Below are positions 9,545 through 19,456 of a DNA stretch of 64,000 nt, piece after piece. The DNA lies in contig CBDDFZ010000002.1 of assembly GCA_965227515.1 (NCBI GenBank), forward strand, positions 960,001-1,024,000. The letters are read 5' to 3'. The stretch's first letter is position 1. Each line of letters opens with the position of its first letter. Position numbers and translations under genes: made by a program. The stretch comes from Alphaproteobacteria bacterium (GTDB taxonomy: Bacteria > Pseudomonadota > Alphaproteobacteria > CALKHQ01). Below the pieces are notes generated by a model, which did not search any database, was not told the DNA's origin, and was given only the letters and a program-made list of their open reading frames with translations.

Positions 9545-9670
9545 TGTCGGTGCTCCCGTTTTCCAAATGGCTGCGGGCTGTTTGCCCTGCCGATGAGTTG
9601 GATTTGGGAACCCCGGTCACTCCTACCTGTGAACCATATCACCGCCGCCGCGATTTCCGGTGAACCTGAC

Positions 9671-9707
9671 AAAGAAACGGCCCGCCCCGGATAACCGGAG
9701 CGGGCCG
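9671..9707 (-). terminator. Intrinsic terminator after the 9731-11581 gene
   Basis: Minus strand CGGCCCGCTCCGG-TTAT-CCGGGGCGGGCCG followed by TTTCTTT. Confidence 0.7.
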
Positions 9708-9730
9708 CGCAGTTCACGCTGATGCGTGGA

Positions 9731-11581
9731 TCAGTAGCCGATGGTCAGGCCCAGCATGGCCGGGATCTGGCTCGGGTCGGCTGCATTGTTGATGTCGGCC
9801 AGGGTCAGCGGCTCCGGCGGATTGACCACGATGCCGATGGCGCCCTGCGGGTCCTGATAGTCCTCAAGGAATTCGCCCAGCGCGTCGAAGGCGGAGGACG
9901 CCAGCGGGTCGCCGGCGAACATGCCTTGCATCAGCTCCATCTGCGCGAACAGGCCTTCCATCAGTTGCTCTTCGCTCAGGCCCTCCTCGGCGGCCGCAAA
10001 CGCGATCGCGCGCTGCATCATGCCGAGATCCTGATAGCTGAGCGCACCGCTCTGGATGGTGGCGTTGGCCAGCGCCTCCGGGCCCATCATGGCCATGCCC
10101 ATGATCTCGTTCAGGCCGACATTGCCCAGCTCGAAGGTGAGGGTGAGCTGAAACAGGTCCTCCATCTCCATGGTCACGCCATTCAGCGTGAAGGTGTTCG
10201 ACGCCTGGTCGAGCGCATAGTCGATGAAGATGTTGGTGATGACCTCTTCCATGCCGACCATCGCATAGAAGTCGGCATCCAGCTCCTCGGTCGGCATGGC
10301 AATGCCCTGCGCCGCGAGTTGCAGGTAGGTCGGCGGGCCGCCGGCCTGGATCGACGGCATGTCGATGGACGACACCGACAGCATCTCCATCGCCAGCGGC
10401 TCGTCGCCCGGATCGGGCTGGAACACCACGCCGGACAGGATGAAGCTTTCCGCGTCGTCGGCCAGGATGGCGTCATAGGTCAGCGGCTGGTGGCCATCCG
10501 GGCTGGTCGGCATCAGCGCCAGCAGGCTGGCGAAGGCGCCGTCGCCGGTGGCCGGCGGGGAGGCTTCCGCCTCTTCCATCACCTCTTCAGCCGGCATGTC
10601 GGCATCGGCCTCGACCGACGCTTGTTCTTCGACATCGGCATCGTCAGCGTCGGAACGGTCGAACAGGCCGCCGTCCTCGCCGCTGCCACCGCCACCGGCA
10701 TAGCCGACGGCCAGGCCCAGCATCGCCGGGATGGCGGTCGGATCGGGGGAGCCGGCCAACTGTGCCAGCGAGACCGGCGCGTCAGGGTTGGCGGTGATCG
10801 TCATCGGGCCCTGCGGCGCGGCGTAGTCGCTCAGGAAGCCGACGAATGCCTCAAGCGCGGCCGCAGCGGTCGGATCGCTGCCGAACATCATCTGCATGCC
10901 CTGGATATCGCCCAGGACCTCGGTCTGCACGAACTCCTCGATGGAGACGCCTTCCTCGGCGGCGGCCGCGTTGAACACGGTCTCCAGGAAGCCGTTATCG
11001 TCCAGCGCGATATTCAGATAGGAGATCGACGTGTCGGTCAGCGCCTCGGGGCCCATGAACATGGCCGCGGCAATCGACTCGACCGACAGGTTCTCCAGGT
11101 CGGCGCTCGCCGAGATGGTGCCCAGGTCGTTGATGCCAAGCGAGAAGTGGTTGAGGCTGAAGTCGCCGCTGGCCGGATCCAGCACATAGTCGATGGCAAG
11201 ATCGAACCAGATCTCCTCGCCGAACACCTCGATCATGTCGCCGTCGAGCTGCTCGGGGGGCATCACGGCGTGGTCGATCTCGATCGACAGGAATTGCGGC
11301 GCGCCGGTCACCAAGCCTTCCAGGTCGATGGCCTCGACCGCCAGGCGGTCGATTTCCATGACGCCGTCGCCGGGATCCGGCTCGAAATGCACGCCCTCGA
11401 TCACGAACCCATCGGCATCGTCGCTGATGAGCAGGTCGTATGTGAGCGCATTGGCCGGCGCACCGGACTGCTCCATCAGCATTTCGAGCTGATCCAGGGC
11501 AGATTGGGCCTGTGCGGCGGCGCTGAAGCCAGCCAGGGCGACAACGGCAGTGGCCGTCGTGGACAGGAATTTGCTTCTCAT
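9731..11581 (-). CDS. Exported acidic protein with two tandem copies of a ~270-aa unknown domain
   Basis: GAGGAG RBS before ATG 11581; signal peptide; LTYD..DDA..F...GV.F.PDPGD and F..DY..PQG...I..NP each occur twice, with an acidic linker between. Confidence 0.8.
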   Translation of the reverse strand: MRSKFLSTTATAVVALAGFSAAAQAQSALDQLEMLMEQSGAPANALTYDLLISDDADGFVIEGVHFEPDPGDGVMEIDRLAVEAIDLEGLVTGAPQFLSIEIDHAVMPPEQLDGDMIEVFGEEIWFDLAIDYVLDPASGDFSLNHFSLGINDLGTISASADLENLSVESIAAAMFMGPEALTDTSISYLNIALDDNGFLETVFNAAAAEEGVSIEEFVQTEVLGDIQGMQMMFGSDPTAAAALEAFVGFLSDYAAPQGPMTITANPDAPVSLAQLAGSPDPTAIPAMLGLAVGYAGGGGSGEDGGLFDRSDADDADVEEQASVEADADMPAEEVMEEAEASPPATGDGAFASLLALMPTSPDGHQPLTYDAILADDAESFILSGVVFQPDPGDEPLAMEMLSVSSIDMPSIQAGGPPTYLQLAAQGIAMPTEELDADFYAMVGMEEVITNIFIDYALDQASNTFTLNGVTMEMEDLFQLTLTFELGNVGLNEIMGMAMMGPEALANATIQSGALSYQDLGMMQRAIAFAAAEEGLSEEQLMEGLFAQMELMQGMFAGDPLASSAFDALGEFLEDYQDPQGAIGIVVNPPEPLTLADINNAADPSQIPAMLGLTIGY

Positions 11582-11917
11582 ATGCTCCTCATCACTGATG
11601 CGCGACCCGGTGTGCCCCGGGAAATCCCACGCGGACATACCATGCGCGCCTGCAAAAAACACGCACACCGTGGCGTGGTGGCGTGTTCGAATTGGCTGTC
11701 ACGTCCGGGCCGTCGGCGGCCGGTCGCAGTGGCGAGGCTCCGTCCTATACTGCCGGCCTGACATAGGGGACCAGCCGAAACAGCGTCCGGAACCTGTGTT
11801 TGCCCCCTCCCACGTTCGCGCATCAGGGAGCAGGAAGTACCCTACGACCGAATTGTGGCAGAGGCCAGACCGGCGCGTGAAGGATTGATGGCGGCTGCGG
11901 CGTATTCCCCCGCCGGC

Positions 11918-12832
11918 CTACTCCGCAGGGCACAGCGTGCCGGGGCCGGGGTCATAGTCGCTGGCCAGTCCAAGCATCTCGAAAACGGCGTTGGGATTCT
12001 CCGCCTCAAAGACCTCGATCAGTCGCACCGGGGACGGCGGCGCGAAAATGATCGTCAGGGGGCCTTGCGGCGCGTCGGCGTCGCACAGGAATGCTTCCAG
12101 ATGGTCGATCGCGTTGGCGGCGTTGGAGCCCGGCTCGAACATCGGGCCGATGCCGCGAAGGTCGGCCAGCACCTCGCCCGCCACGAATTCCTCGGTGGTC
12201 ATGCCCTCGTCCCGGGCGACGGTCGCGAAGAACGTGAGCAGGAAGCCGTTGTCATCGAGGGTCAGCTCGCTCGGCCCCAGGGCGTCGGGTTCGCCGATGC
12301 CCGATGTGCCGAGCACGATGAAACCCACGAGCTGAAGCGGGTTGAAGTCTCCCATCATCTGCACTGAAACGAGGTCGTTCATGCCGAGATACAGGTTGCT
12401 CGGCGCGGCTTCGCCGCCGTCCTCCTCCGGGACGTGGGATATCGCAAAGTCGAGCCAGATCTCATCGCCGAAGGCGTCGGTGAATGCGTCGTCCATGCTG
12501 TCCGGCGGAGGGACGATGCGTATCATCTCCATCGCTATGAAGGTCGGCATCTGGCCGGCGACGATGCTGTCGAAGTCCAGTGCCTCGACCTCGACCCGGG
12601 CGATCTCGAACGCGCCCACATCGGGCTCGGGCATCAGGTCCACCCCTTCCAGGGCGAAACTGTCCGTGTCGTCATGGGTGATCGCTTCGTAGGCGAGGAC
12701 CGGCGTCTCGGGCGCCAATTCCAAGAGCCACTGCTCGATTCGCTCAAGCAAGGTCTGCTCCTGCGCGGCAGCGGGAACGGACGAAATGCCGGCCAGCGCC
12801 GCCGCTGCGAAGAGGGTGCGTCGGGTTGTCAT
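11918..12832 (-). CDS. Exported (Tat-like signal) acidic protein, single-domain paralog of 9731-11581
   Basis: AGGAG RBS; TTRRTLF twin-arginine signal; shares FGDEIWLDFAI, LDDNGFL, EEFV..EVL.D..G and APQGP with the neighbour. Confidence 0.8.
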   Translation of the reverse strand: MTTRRTLFAAAALAGISSVPAAAQEQTLLERIEQWLLELAPETPVLAYEAITHDDTDSFALEGVDLMPEPDVGAFEIARVEVEALDFDSIVAGQMPTFIAMEMIRIVPPPDSMDDAFTDAFGDEIWLDFAISHVPEEDGGEAAPSNLYLGMNDLVSVQMMGDFNPLQLVGFIVLGTSGIGEPDALGPSELTLDDNGFLLTFFATVARDEGMTTEEFVAGEVLADLRGIGPMFEPGSNAANAIDHLEAFLCDADAPQGPLTIIFAPPSPVRLIEVFEAENPNAVFEMLGLASDYDPGPGTLCPAE

Positions 12833-12879
12833 GGATCGCTCCTGCTGGTCTGCGTTGGCTGGCTGCTGGTGCCGGCCCG

Positions 12880-14088
12880 TCACCCGGCCGCTGCGGTATT
12901 GGCGTGGTGGGCCAGCCGTTCCGCGGCGTCCCACGCCTCAACGAAACGGTTGTAGAGCGGCGCGAACCCGAAGCGCAGGGTGTGCGGCGGGCGGAAGTCG
13001 CCGATGACGCCTTCCTCGATCAGCTTGGGCATGATGTCGGACGCGCGCGGGTGGCTGAAGCAGACCTGGCTGCTGCGCCTGGCCGGGTCGCGCGGGGCGC
13101 TGAGCTCGAACCCGGCGTCCGGCGCCAGTTGCTCCACCGCCTCGATGAACGTGGATGTCAACGCCTGCGACTTGGCGCGCAGGGCGTCCATGTCGGCCTC
13201 CAGGGTCACGTCGACGCCGCACTCCAGCGCGGCCATCCCCAGGATGACCGGCGTGCCGCATTGGAAGCGGTCGATGCCGGCGCCGGGCCGGTAGTCGCTG
13301 GCGAAATCGAACGGCGAGGCGTGGCCCAGCCAGCCGGAAAGCGGTTGGCTGACCGCCTCCTGATGGCGTTCGGCGACGTAGACGAAGGCCGGTCCGCCCG
13401 GCCCGCCGTTGAGGAACTTGTACCCACAGCCGACCGCGAAGTCGGCACGTGCCTCGTCGAGCGGCACCGGCAGCGCGCCGACACTGTGGGCGGCGTCCCA
13501 GATCGTCAGGCACCCGTGCGCGTGCGCCTGTGCGGTGACGGTGGCCATGTCGAGCACGTCGCTGTCGCGGTAGTGCGCGTGGTTGAGCAGGCCGACGGCC
13601 ACGTCGTCGTCGAATCCGTCCGCAATCTCGCCGCGCGGCCGGGCGCGAATCTCGCAACGCTCGGCACCCATCAGCTCGGCCAAACCGTGCAGGATGTAGC
13701 CGTCGGTGGGGAAGATCGCCTCTTCCACCAGCACCACGCGGCGGTCAGGCCGCAGGCCCATGGCGGCGGCCAGCACCTTGAAGATGTTCACCGACGTGCT
13801 GTCGCAGACCACGGTCTGGCCTGGCGCGGCGCCGATCAGGCGGCCCAGCTTGTCGCCGACCCGGCGCGGCATCTCCACCCAGCCGGCCTTCCACCAGCTC
13901 TGGATCAGGTCCTGCGCCCATTCCTTCTCGACCAGGTGCTGCAATCGGCCGGTGGTCGCTTTCGGCAACGGACCCAGCGAATTGCCGTCCAGGTAGATCA
14001 CGCCCTCCGGCAGCACGAAGCGATCGCGGAAATGGGCGAGCGGATCGGCATCGTCGCGGGCAAGGCAGGCGGCTCGGTCGAGGGTCAT
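12880..14088 (-). CDS. kynU: Kynureninase
   Basis: YLDGNSLGP, DSTSVNIFK, FPTDGYI, WDAAHSVGA, GCGYKFLNGGPG, GDFRPP. Confidence 0.92.
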   Translation of the reverse strand: MTLDRAACLARDDADPLAHFRDRFVLPEGVIYLDGNSLGPLPKATTGRLQHLVEKEWAQDLIQSWWKAGWVEMPRRVGDKLGRLIGAAPGQTVVCDSTSVNIFKVLAAAMGLRPDRRVVLVEEAIFPTDGYILHGLAELMGAERCEIRARPRGEIADGFDDDVAVGLLNHAHYRDSDVLDMATVTAQAHAHGCLTIWDAAHSVGALPVPLDEARADFAVGCGYKFLNGGPGGPAFVYVAERHQEAVSQPLSGWLGHASPFDFASDYRPGAGIDRFQCGTPVILGMAALECGVDVTLEADMDALRAKSQALTSTFIEAVEQLAPDAGFELSAPRDPARRSSQVCFSHPRASDIMPKLIEEGVIGDFRPPHTLRFGFAPLYNRFVEAWDAAERLAHHANTAAAG

Positions 14089-14272
14089 GGCTGGGTCCGG
14101 GTCAGGAAAATCGCGCCGCATGCTGTAGCCCGAAACGCACCGCATGGAAACCGGCCACTAAGCCGCGCGGCACCGACTGGCCATATTCTCGCCACAGGAA
14201 TGAACCAATTGGCCGCGCGCCGCGACCCCCTAGGTAAGACCCGGTTCTCGGGCCAGCGACAGGGGACGAGAA

Positions 14273-16030
14273 ATGGCCTGCAACACTTGCACACTCGATA
14301 CGAGCTTCGATTACATCCTGATCCAGATTGAGCAGGAGTTCGGGCGCGACCCCTTTGCCGTTTTCGCCGATATGGAGTCTGCCGCCGGCCTGGCACTCGT
14401 GCATCCCGATGTCCTGGTCAGCGCCGCGCGCGATGGCGACAAGAGCGACGACCGCGACAAGAACGACGACGGCGATCTGAAGGTCGCACTGGCCGATCCC
14501 AAGTTGACGACCGCGAGGGACGACAGGGATGCCTTCGACGACGATGACGCGAAGCTGGCCGGCGGCACCAACGACCAAGACGACGGTCCTGGCCCCGGCG
14601 ACCAGGTGCCCGTGGGCGGCGACGGCGACGGCGAGGTCAACTGGGACCTGGCCCACATGGCGCACATCGCCCCAATGATCGTGCACGGCCCGCTGGACGA
14701 ATTCTGGGTCGGCAACTACGGCGACGAGGACATCAACGCCTACTTCACCAGCAACCTGATCCTGGCGCTGTGGGGCGACGACACAATCGGCGGCACCGCC
14801 GGCAAGGACGTCATCTACAGCAGCATCGCGCCCGGCATGGCCCCAGGCGTCATCGGCGATGCAGACACGGTCTATGCAGGCGCCGGCGACGACCTCGTCT
14901 TTGCCGGCGACGACGACGATATCGTCTACGGCAACGACGGCAATGACGACCTGTATGGCGGCGACGGCGACGATACGCTGGACGGCGGCGACCACGCCGA
15001 CAGCCTGTTCGGCGGCGACGGGGTGGATGACCTGTACGGCGGCGCCCACAACGACGCCATTTGGGGCGGTGACGGCAATGACGACATGGGCGGCGGTACC
15101 GGTCAGGACCGGCTCTATGGCGAGGACGGCGCCGATGTGATGTTCGGCCACGACCATAGCGATCTGCTGTTTGGCGGTGACGGCGGGGACAAGCTGTATG
15201 GCGGGGCCGACGGCGACCTGTTGGCCGGCGATCAGGGCATCGACACCATCGAGGGTGGCAGCGGCGACGACATCATCTTCGGCGGCGGCCTGTTCGAACC
15301 GATCGAGACGACCCTGACTCCGCCGCCGCCCGATGCCTCGGCCGACCACCTGTATGGCGACAGCGGCGATGACACCGCGTTCGGCGATGGCGGCAACGAC
15401 TGGATCTATGGCGGCGACAACAATGACATGCTGAGTGGCGGCGATGGCGACGACCACTTGTTTGGCGAGGCCGGCGATGACGTGCTGTTCGGCGGGGCCG
15501 ACAATGACCAACTGGTCGGCGGCGCCGGCAACGACACGATGGCCGGGGACCAGGTCTACGGCTACGTCGACGAGGACTTGAACGGCCTGGCGTTCGGCTA
15601 CGGTGACCCCGGCGACGACCATCTGACCGGCGGCCTAGGCGATGACTGGCTGATCGGCGGCGTCGGCCAGGACAATCTCTATGGCGAAGAGGACAATGAC
15701 GTGCTCGTCGGCTGGGGCGACGGCGACTACCTGCACGGTGGCGAGGGCGTCGACTTCTTCCTGAGTGTCAGGCACTCCAGTTCGCTGATTTCGGCCAATC
15801 CCACCATCGGCGACGGCTACGATCTGGTGGCCGACTATACGGCCGGCGAGGACTACGTGGTCGGTGACGCCTATTGGACCGATGGCACGCACACTTACGT
15901 CACCATTGAGGACGACACGGTGCTGATGCTGATCGGCTTCAATGCCAATCTCGCTGCGGTCAGCCTGATCGACCCGGACTCGCTTCCTCCGAGCTTCGTC
16001 CCGGGCCATGACCTGCCTGATTTCGTATAG
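14273..16030 (+). CDS. RTX-repeat calcium-binding protein (probable T1SS substrate)
   Basis: More than 20 GGxGxDxLx nonapeptides; extremely acidic; C-terminal DLVADY.AGED; no N-terminal signal peptide. Confidence 0.85.
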   Translation: MACNTCTLDTSFDYILIQIEQEFGRDPFAVFADMESAAGLALVHPDVLVSAARDGDKSDDRDKNDDGDLKVALADPKLTTARDDRDAFDDDDAKLAGGTNDQDDGPGPGDQVPVGGDGDGEVNWDLAHMAHIAPMIVHGPLDEFWVGNYGDEDINAYFTSNLILALWGDDTIGGTAGKDVIYSSIAPGMAPGVIGDADTVYAGAGDDLVFAGDDDDIVYGNDGNDDLYGGDGDDTLDGGDHADSLFGGDGVDDLYGGAHNDAIWGGDGNDDMGGGTGQDRLYGEDGADVMFGHDHSDLLFGGDGGDKLYGGADGDLLAGDQGIDTIEGGSGDDIIFGGGLFEPIETTLTPPPPDASADHLYGDSGDDTAFGDGGNDWIYGGDNNDMLSGGDGDDHLFGEAGDDVLFGGADNDQLVGGAGNDTMAGDQVYGYVDEDLNGLAFGYGDPGDDHLTGGLGDDWLIGGVGQDNLYGEEDNDVLVGWGDGDYLHGGEGVDFFLSVRHSSSLISANPTIGDGYDLVADYTAGEDYVVGDAYWTDGTHTYVTIEDDTVLMLIGFNANLAAVSLIDPDSLPPSFVPGHDLPDFV

Positions 16031-16056
16031 ACGGGAGCTACCTGATCCATCCGTGC

Positions 16057-17475
16057 TCAGACGACCTTGCCGGGGTTCATGATCCCGGCAGGGTCGAGGG
16101 CTGTTTTCAGGGTCCGCATCAGGCCGAGTTCCACCGGGCTCTTGTAGCGGGCGAGCTCGTCGCGCTTGATCGAGCCGATGCCGTGCTCGGCCGAGAAGCT
16201 GCCGCCCATGCCGACGGCGATGTCGTGCACGATCCGGGTGACGGCCGGGGTGTGTTCCAGGAACGCAGCGCCGTCCGCGCCCGATGGCTGGCACAGGTTG
16301 AAGTGCACGTTGCCGTCGCCGATGTGGCCGAAGGGCGCGACGTTGACGTCGTCGATGGCGTTCTCGCTGGCGGCGGTCGCATCGCGCAGGAAGTCCGGCA
16401 TCTTCGACACCGGCACCGAGATGTCGTGCTTGATGCACGCGCCTTCCACCTTCTGCGCCTCGGGGATGGTCTCGCGCAAGCGCCACAGGGCCTGTGCCTG
16501 GCCCTCGCTCGCCGCCACCGTGCCGTCCAGAACCAGTGCGGCGCCGATCGCCTGTTCCAAGGCGGACTCGGCCAACAAGGCCAGCGTCTCGCCTGGCTGC
16601 GGGGTGGTCAGTTCGCACAGCACATAGTGGTCGTGGCGGTCGGCCAGCGGGTCGGACGTATCGGCGATGTGGGCGAACACCAAGTCCAGGCAGGCGCGGT
16701 GGATGTATTCGAAGCCGGTCACCGCGTCGCCGGTCGCCTGGCGCATCAGGCCGAGCAGGCGGATGGCGGCGCGCGGGTCCGGTACCGCGACGAGGCTGGT
16801 CACCCGCTGGCGCGGGCGCGGGTAGAGCTTCAGCACCGCGCCGGTGATGATGCCGAGCGTGCCCTCCGCGCCCAGGAAGAGCTGCTTCAGGTCGTAGCCG
16901 GTGTTGTTCTTGCGCAGGTGGTTCAACCCCTCCCACACCGTGCCGTCGGGCAGCACCACCTCCAGCCCCAGCACCAGGTCGCGGGCGTTGCCGTAGCGCA
17001 GCACCTGGGTGCCGCCGGCGTTGGTGGCCAGGTTGCCGCCGATCCGGCAACTGCCCTCCGCCGCCAGGCTCAGCGGGAACAGCCGGTCGGCCTCTTCCGC
17101 TGCGGCCTGCACGTCGGCCAGTATACAGCCGCCGTCCACCGTCATGGTGAAGTTGTCGGGGTCGATGCCACGCACTGTGGTCATGCGCTCCAGCGAGACC
17201 ACCACCTGGTCGTTGTCGACGCTGGGAGTCGCACCGCCCAGATAGCCGGTGTTGCCGCCCTGCGGCACGATGCCCACGCCGGCGTCGCGGCAGGTCTTTA
17301 CCACGCGTGCTACCTCGCCGGTGCTGGCCGGGCGCACCACCAGCGGGCTCTTGCCGGTCACCAAGTTGCGTACGTCGGTCATATAGGGGGCGAGCGCGTC
17401 GGGTTCGGTCACAATGCCCTTGGCGCCGACCGCCCCGGTCAGTGCCGCGATCAGCGTGTCGTCGATCTTGGTCAT
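16057..17475 (-). CDS. FAD-linked oxidase, D-2-hydroxyacid (D-2-hydroxyglutarate/D-lactate) dehydrogenase family
   Basis: PQGGNTG, GGNLATNAGG..LRYG, LRKNNTGYDLK, KHDISVP, FGHIGDGNVH, SAEHGIG, DPAGIMNPGK. Confidence 0.9.
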   Translation of the reverse strand: MTKIDDTLIAALTGAVGAKGIVTEPDALAPYMTDVRNLVTGKSPLVVRPASTGEVARVVKTCRDAGVGIVPQGGNTGYLGGATPSVDNDQVVVSLERMTTVRGIDPDNFTMTVDGGCILADVQAAAEEADRLFPLSLAAEGSCRIGGNLATNAGGTQVLRYGNARDLVLGLEVVLPDGTVWEGLNHLRKNNTGYDLKQLFLGAEGTLGIITGAVLKLYPRPRQRVTSLVAVPDPRAAIRLLGLMRQATGDAVTGFEYIHRACLDLVFAHIADTSDPLADRHDHYVLCELTTPQPGETLALLAESALEQAIGAALVLDGTVAASEGQAQALWRLRETIPEAQKVEGACIKHDISVPVSKMPDFLRDATAASENAIDDVNVAPFGHIGDGNVHFNLCQPSGADGAAFLEHTPAVTRIVHDIAVGMGGSFSAEHGIGSIKRDELARYKSPVELGLMRTLKTALDPAGIMNPGKVV

Positions 17476-17592
17476 GGACCCTGATGTGCCAGCGCTGCGG
17501 CTTTCCGGCAAGGGCCGGTTTCGTGCCTGCATGAAATGCACTACAACCCGCGCAGACATCGCGGGACCGCACTACGGGGAGCAAACGCAACC

Positions 17593-19044
17593 ATGACCGT
17601 CCAGAAGAATTTCATTGCCGGCGCCTGGTCCGAAGGCGCCGACGCCAACACCGACATCAACCCGTCCAACCTGGCCGACACCGTCGGCGAGTATGCGCGG
17701 GCCGACAAGGCGCAGGCCGAGCAGGCGATCTCCGCCGCCCGTGCCGCGTTGCGGCCGTGGGGGGCGAAGGGCATCCAGGCGCGGTTCGACGCGCTGGACG
17801 CCATCGGCTCGGCGATCATGGCGAAGAAGGCCGATCTCGGCCGCATGCTGAGCCGCGAGGAAGGCAAGACCCTGCCCGAGGGCATGGGCGAGACCATTCG
17901 CGCCGCCCAGATCTTCAAGTATTTCGCCGGCGAGACCCTGCGCATCCAGGGCGAGAAGCTGGCCTCCACCCGGCCCGGCCTGGACGTCGAGATCACCCGC
18001 GAGCCGGTGGGCGTGGTCGGCATCATCACGCCGTGGAACTTCCCGATCGCGATCCCGGCCTGGAAGATCGCGCCCGCGCTTGCCTACGGCAACACGGTGG
18101 TGTTCAAGCCCGCCGATCTGGTGCCGGGCACCGCGCACGCGCTCTCCGAGATCATTGTCGAGGCGCTTGAGGCGGTCGGCGCCCCGGAAGGCACCTTCAA
18201 CCTCGTGATGGGGCGTGGCAGCCAGGTCGGCGACGTCATCGTCAACAACCCGGGTGTGGACGCGGTCAGCTTCACCGGCTCGGTCGACACCGGCTCGCGC
18301 ATCGCCGCGGCGTGCGGTGCGCGGCGTGCCAAGGTGCAGCTCGAGATGGGCGGCAAGAACCCGCTGGTGGTGCTGGACGACGCCGACCTCGGCAACGCGG
18401 TCAACTGCGCGGTCAATGGGGCCTATTTCTCCACCGGCCAGCGCTGCACCGCCTCGTCCCGGCTGATCGTGACCGAGGGCATCCACGACAAGTTCGTCGG
18501 CGCGATGACCGATGCCATCAAGGCGCTGAAGGTGGACGACGCGCTGAAGGACGGCACCCAGATCGGCCCGGTGGTCGACCAGTCCCAGCTCGACCAGAAC
18601 CTGTCCTACATGGATGTCGGCAAGGGCGAGGGCGCCAATCTGGTGTGGGGCGGCGAGCGGCTGAACTGCGACAACGAGGGCTTCTACATGGCGCCGGCCC
18701 TGTTCACCGAGACCAACAACGACATGCGCATCAACCGGGAGGAGATCTTCGGCCCGGTGGCGACGGTGATCCGGGTCAAGGACTACGACGAGGCGCTGGC
18801 GGTGGCCAACGACACCGAGTTCGGCCTGTCGTCGGGCATCTGCACCGGCTCGCTGAAGTATGCCAACGATTTCAAGGCCAACAGTGCTGCCGGCATGACC
18901 ATGGTCAACCTGCCGACGGCGGGCGTGGACTATCACGTGCCGTTCGGCGGCCGGAAGGGCTCCAGCTACGGCGCGCGCGAACAGGGCCACTACGCGCAGG
19001 AGTTCTACACCACGGTGAAAACCAGCTACACGGCGGCGATCTGA
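17593..19044 (+). CDS. Aldehyde dehydrogenase (alpha-ketoglutarate semialdehyde dehydrogenase-like)
   Basis: ITPWNFPIAIPAWK, FTGS, LEMGGKNP, GQRCTASSR, EEIFGPV, VNLPTAGVDYHVPFGGRK. Confidence 0.9.
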   Translation: MTVQKNFIAGAWSEGADANTDINPSNLADTVGEYARADKAQAEQAISAARAALRPWGAKGIQARFDALDAIGSAIMAKKADLGRMLSREEGKTLPEGMGETIRAAQIFKYFAGETLRIQGEKLASTRPGLDVEITREPVGVVGIITPWNFPIAIPAWKIAPALAYGNTVVFKPADLVPGTAHALSEIIVEALEAVGAPEGTFNLVMGRGSQVGDVIVNNPGVDAVSFTGSVDTGSRIAAACGARRAKVQLEMGGKNPLVVLDDADLGNAVNCAVNGAYFSTGQRCTASSRLIVTEGIHDKFVGAMTDAIKALKVDDALKDGTQIGPVVDQSQLDQNLSYMDVGKGEGANLVWGGERLNCDNEGFYMAPALFTETNNDMRINREEIFGPVATVIRVKDYDEALAVANDTEFGLSSGICTGSLKYANDFKANSAAGMTMVNLPTAGVDYHVPFGGRKGSSYGAREQGHYAQEFYTTVKTSYTAAI

Positions 19045-19065
19045 GGACGCCTGCCGAAAACCCCC

Positions 19066-19433
19066 GTCATGCGCGGGCTTGATCCGCGCATCAATTCTCA
19101 CCACAGTCGTCCTCGCCCTTGTGGATATTGGAATCGCACGGAGTGTCGGCGGAGCTGCTAATTCCCTCTCCCATTTCGGGAGAGGGTGGGGCCCAAACCG
19201 ACAGGTTTGGGAGGGTGAGGGCAGGCGCGGTTGTTTGCCAATGCAGTGGGCAGGGGCAAGGAGCAAGATAACTGTTGGCGTTAAGGCGGCTACGACGCAT
19301 GTGCGGCTTCGCCGCGGCCCTCACCCTCCCGACGCCCACGGCGCCGGGTCCCTCCCTCTCCCGAAATGGGAGAGGGGTTGCAGCCCGCCCCTTCGAGATG
19401 GGTGAGTGCCGCAGGCACAAGGCCGAGGGCATC
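19066..19433. repeat. Composite REP/REPIN cluster
   Basis: GTCATGCGCGGGCTTGATCCGCGCATC (19066-19092); exact inverted pair CCCTCTCCCATTTCGGGAGAGGG (19164-19186) / CCCTCTCCCGAAATGGGAGAGGG (19354-19376) with inner GGGAGGGTGAGGGC / GCCCTCACCCTCCC; GGCACAAGGCCGAGGGC at ~19415 identical to part of the 8932-8961 unit. Confidence 0.85.
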
Positions 19434-19456
19434 GATCCTGTGATGAATTGACCAGC

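Noticed and set aside
11789-11816. GGAAC...CGTT general-stress ECF promoter-like motif
   Set aside because: Spacer is 19 nt rather than 16-17, and no credible plus-strand gene follows
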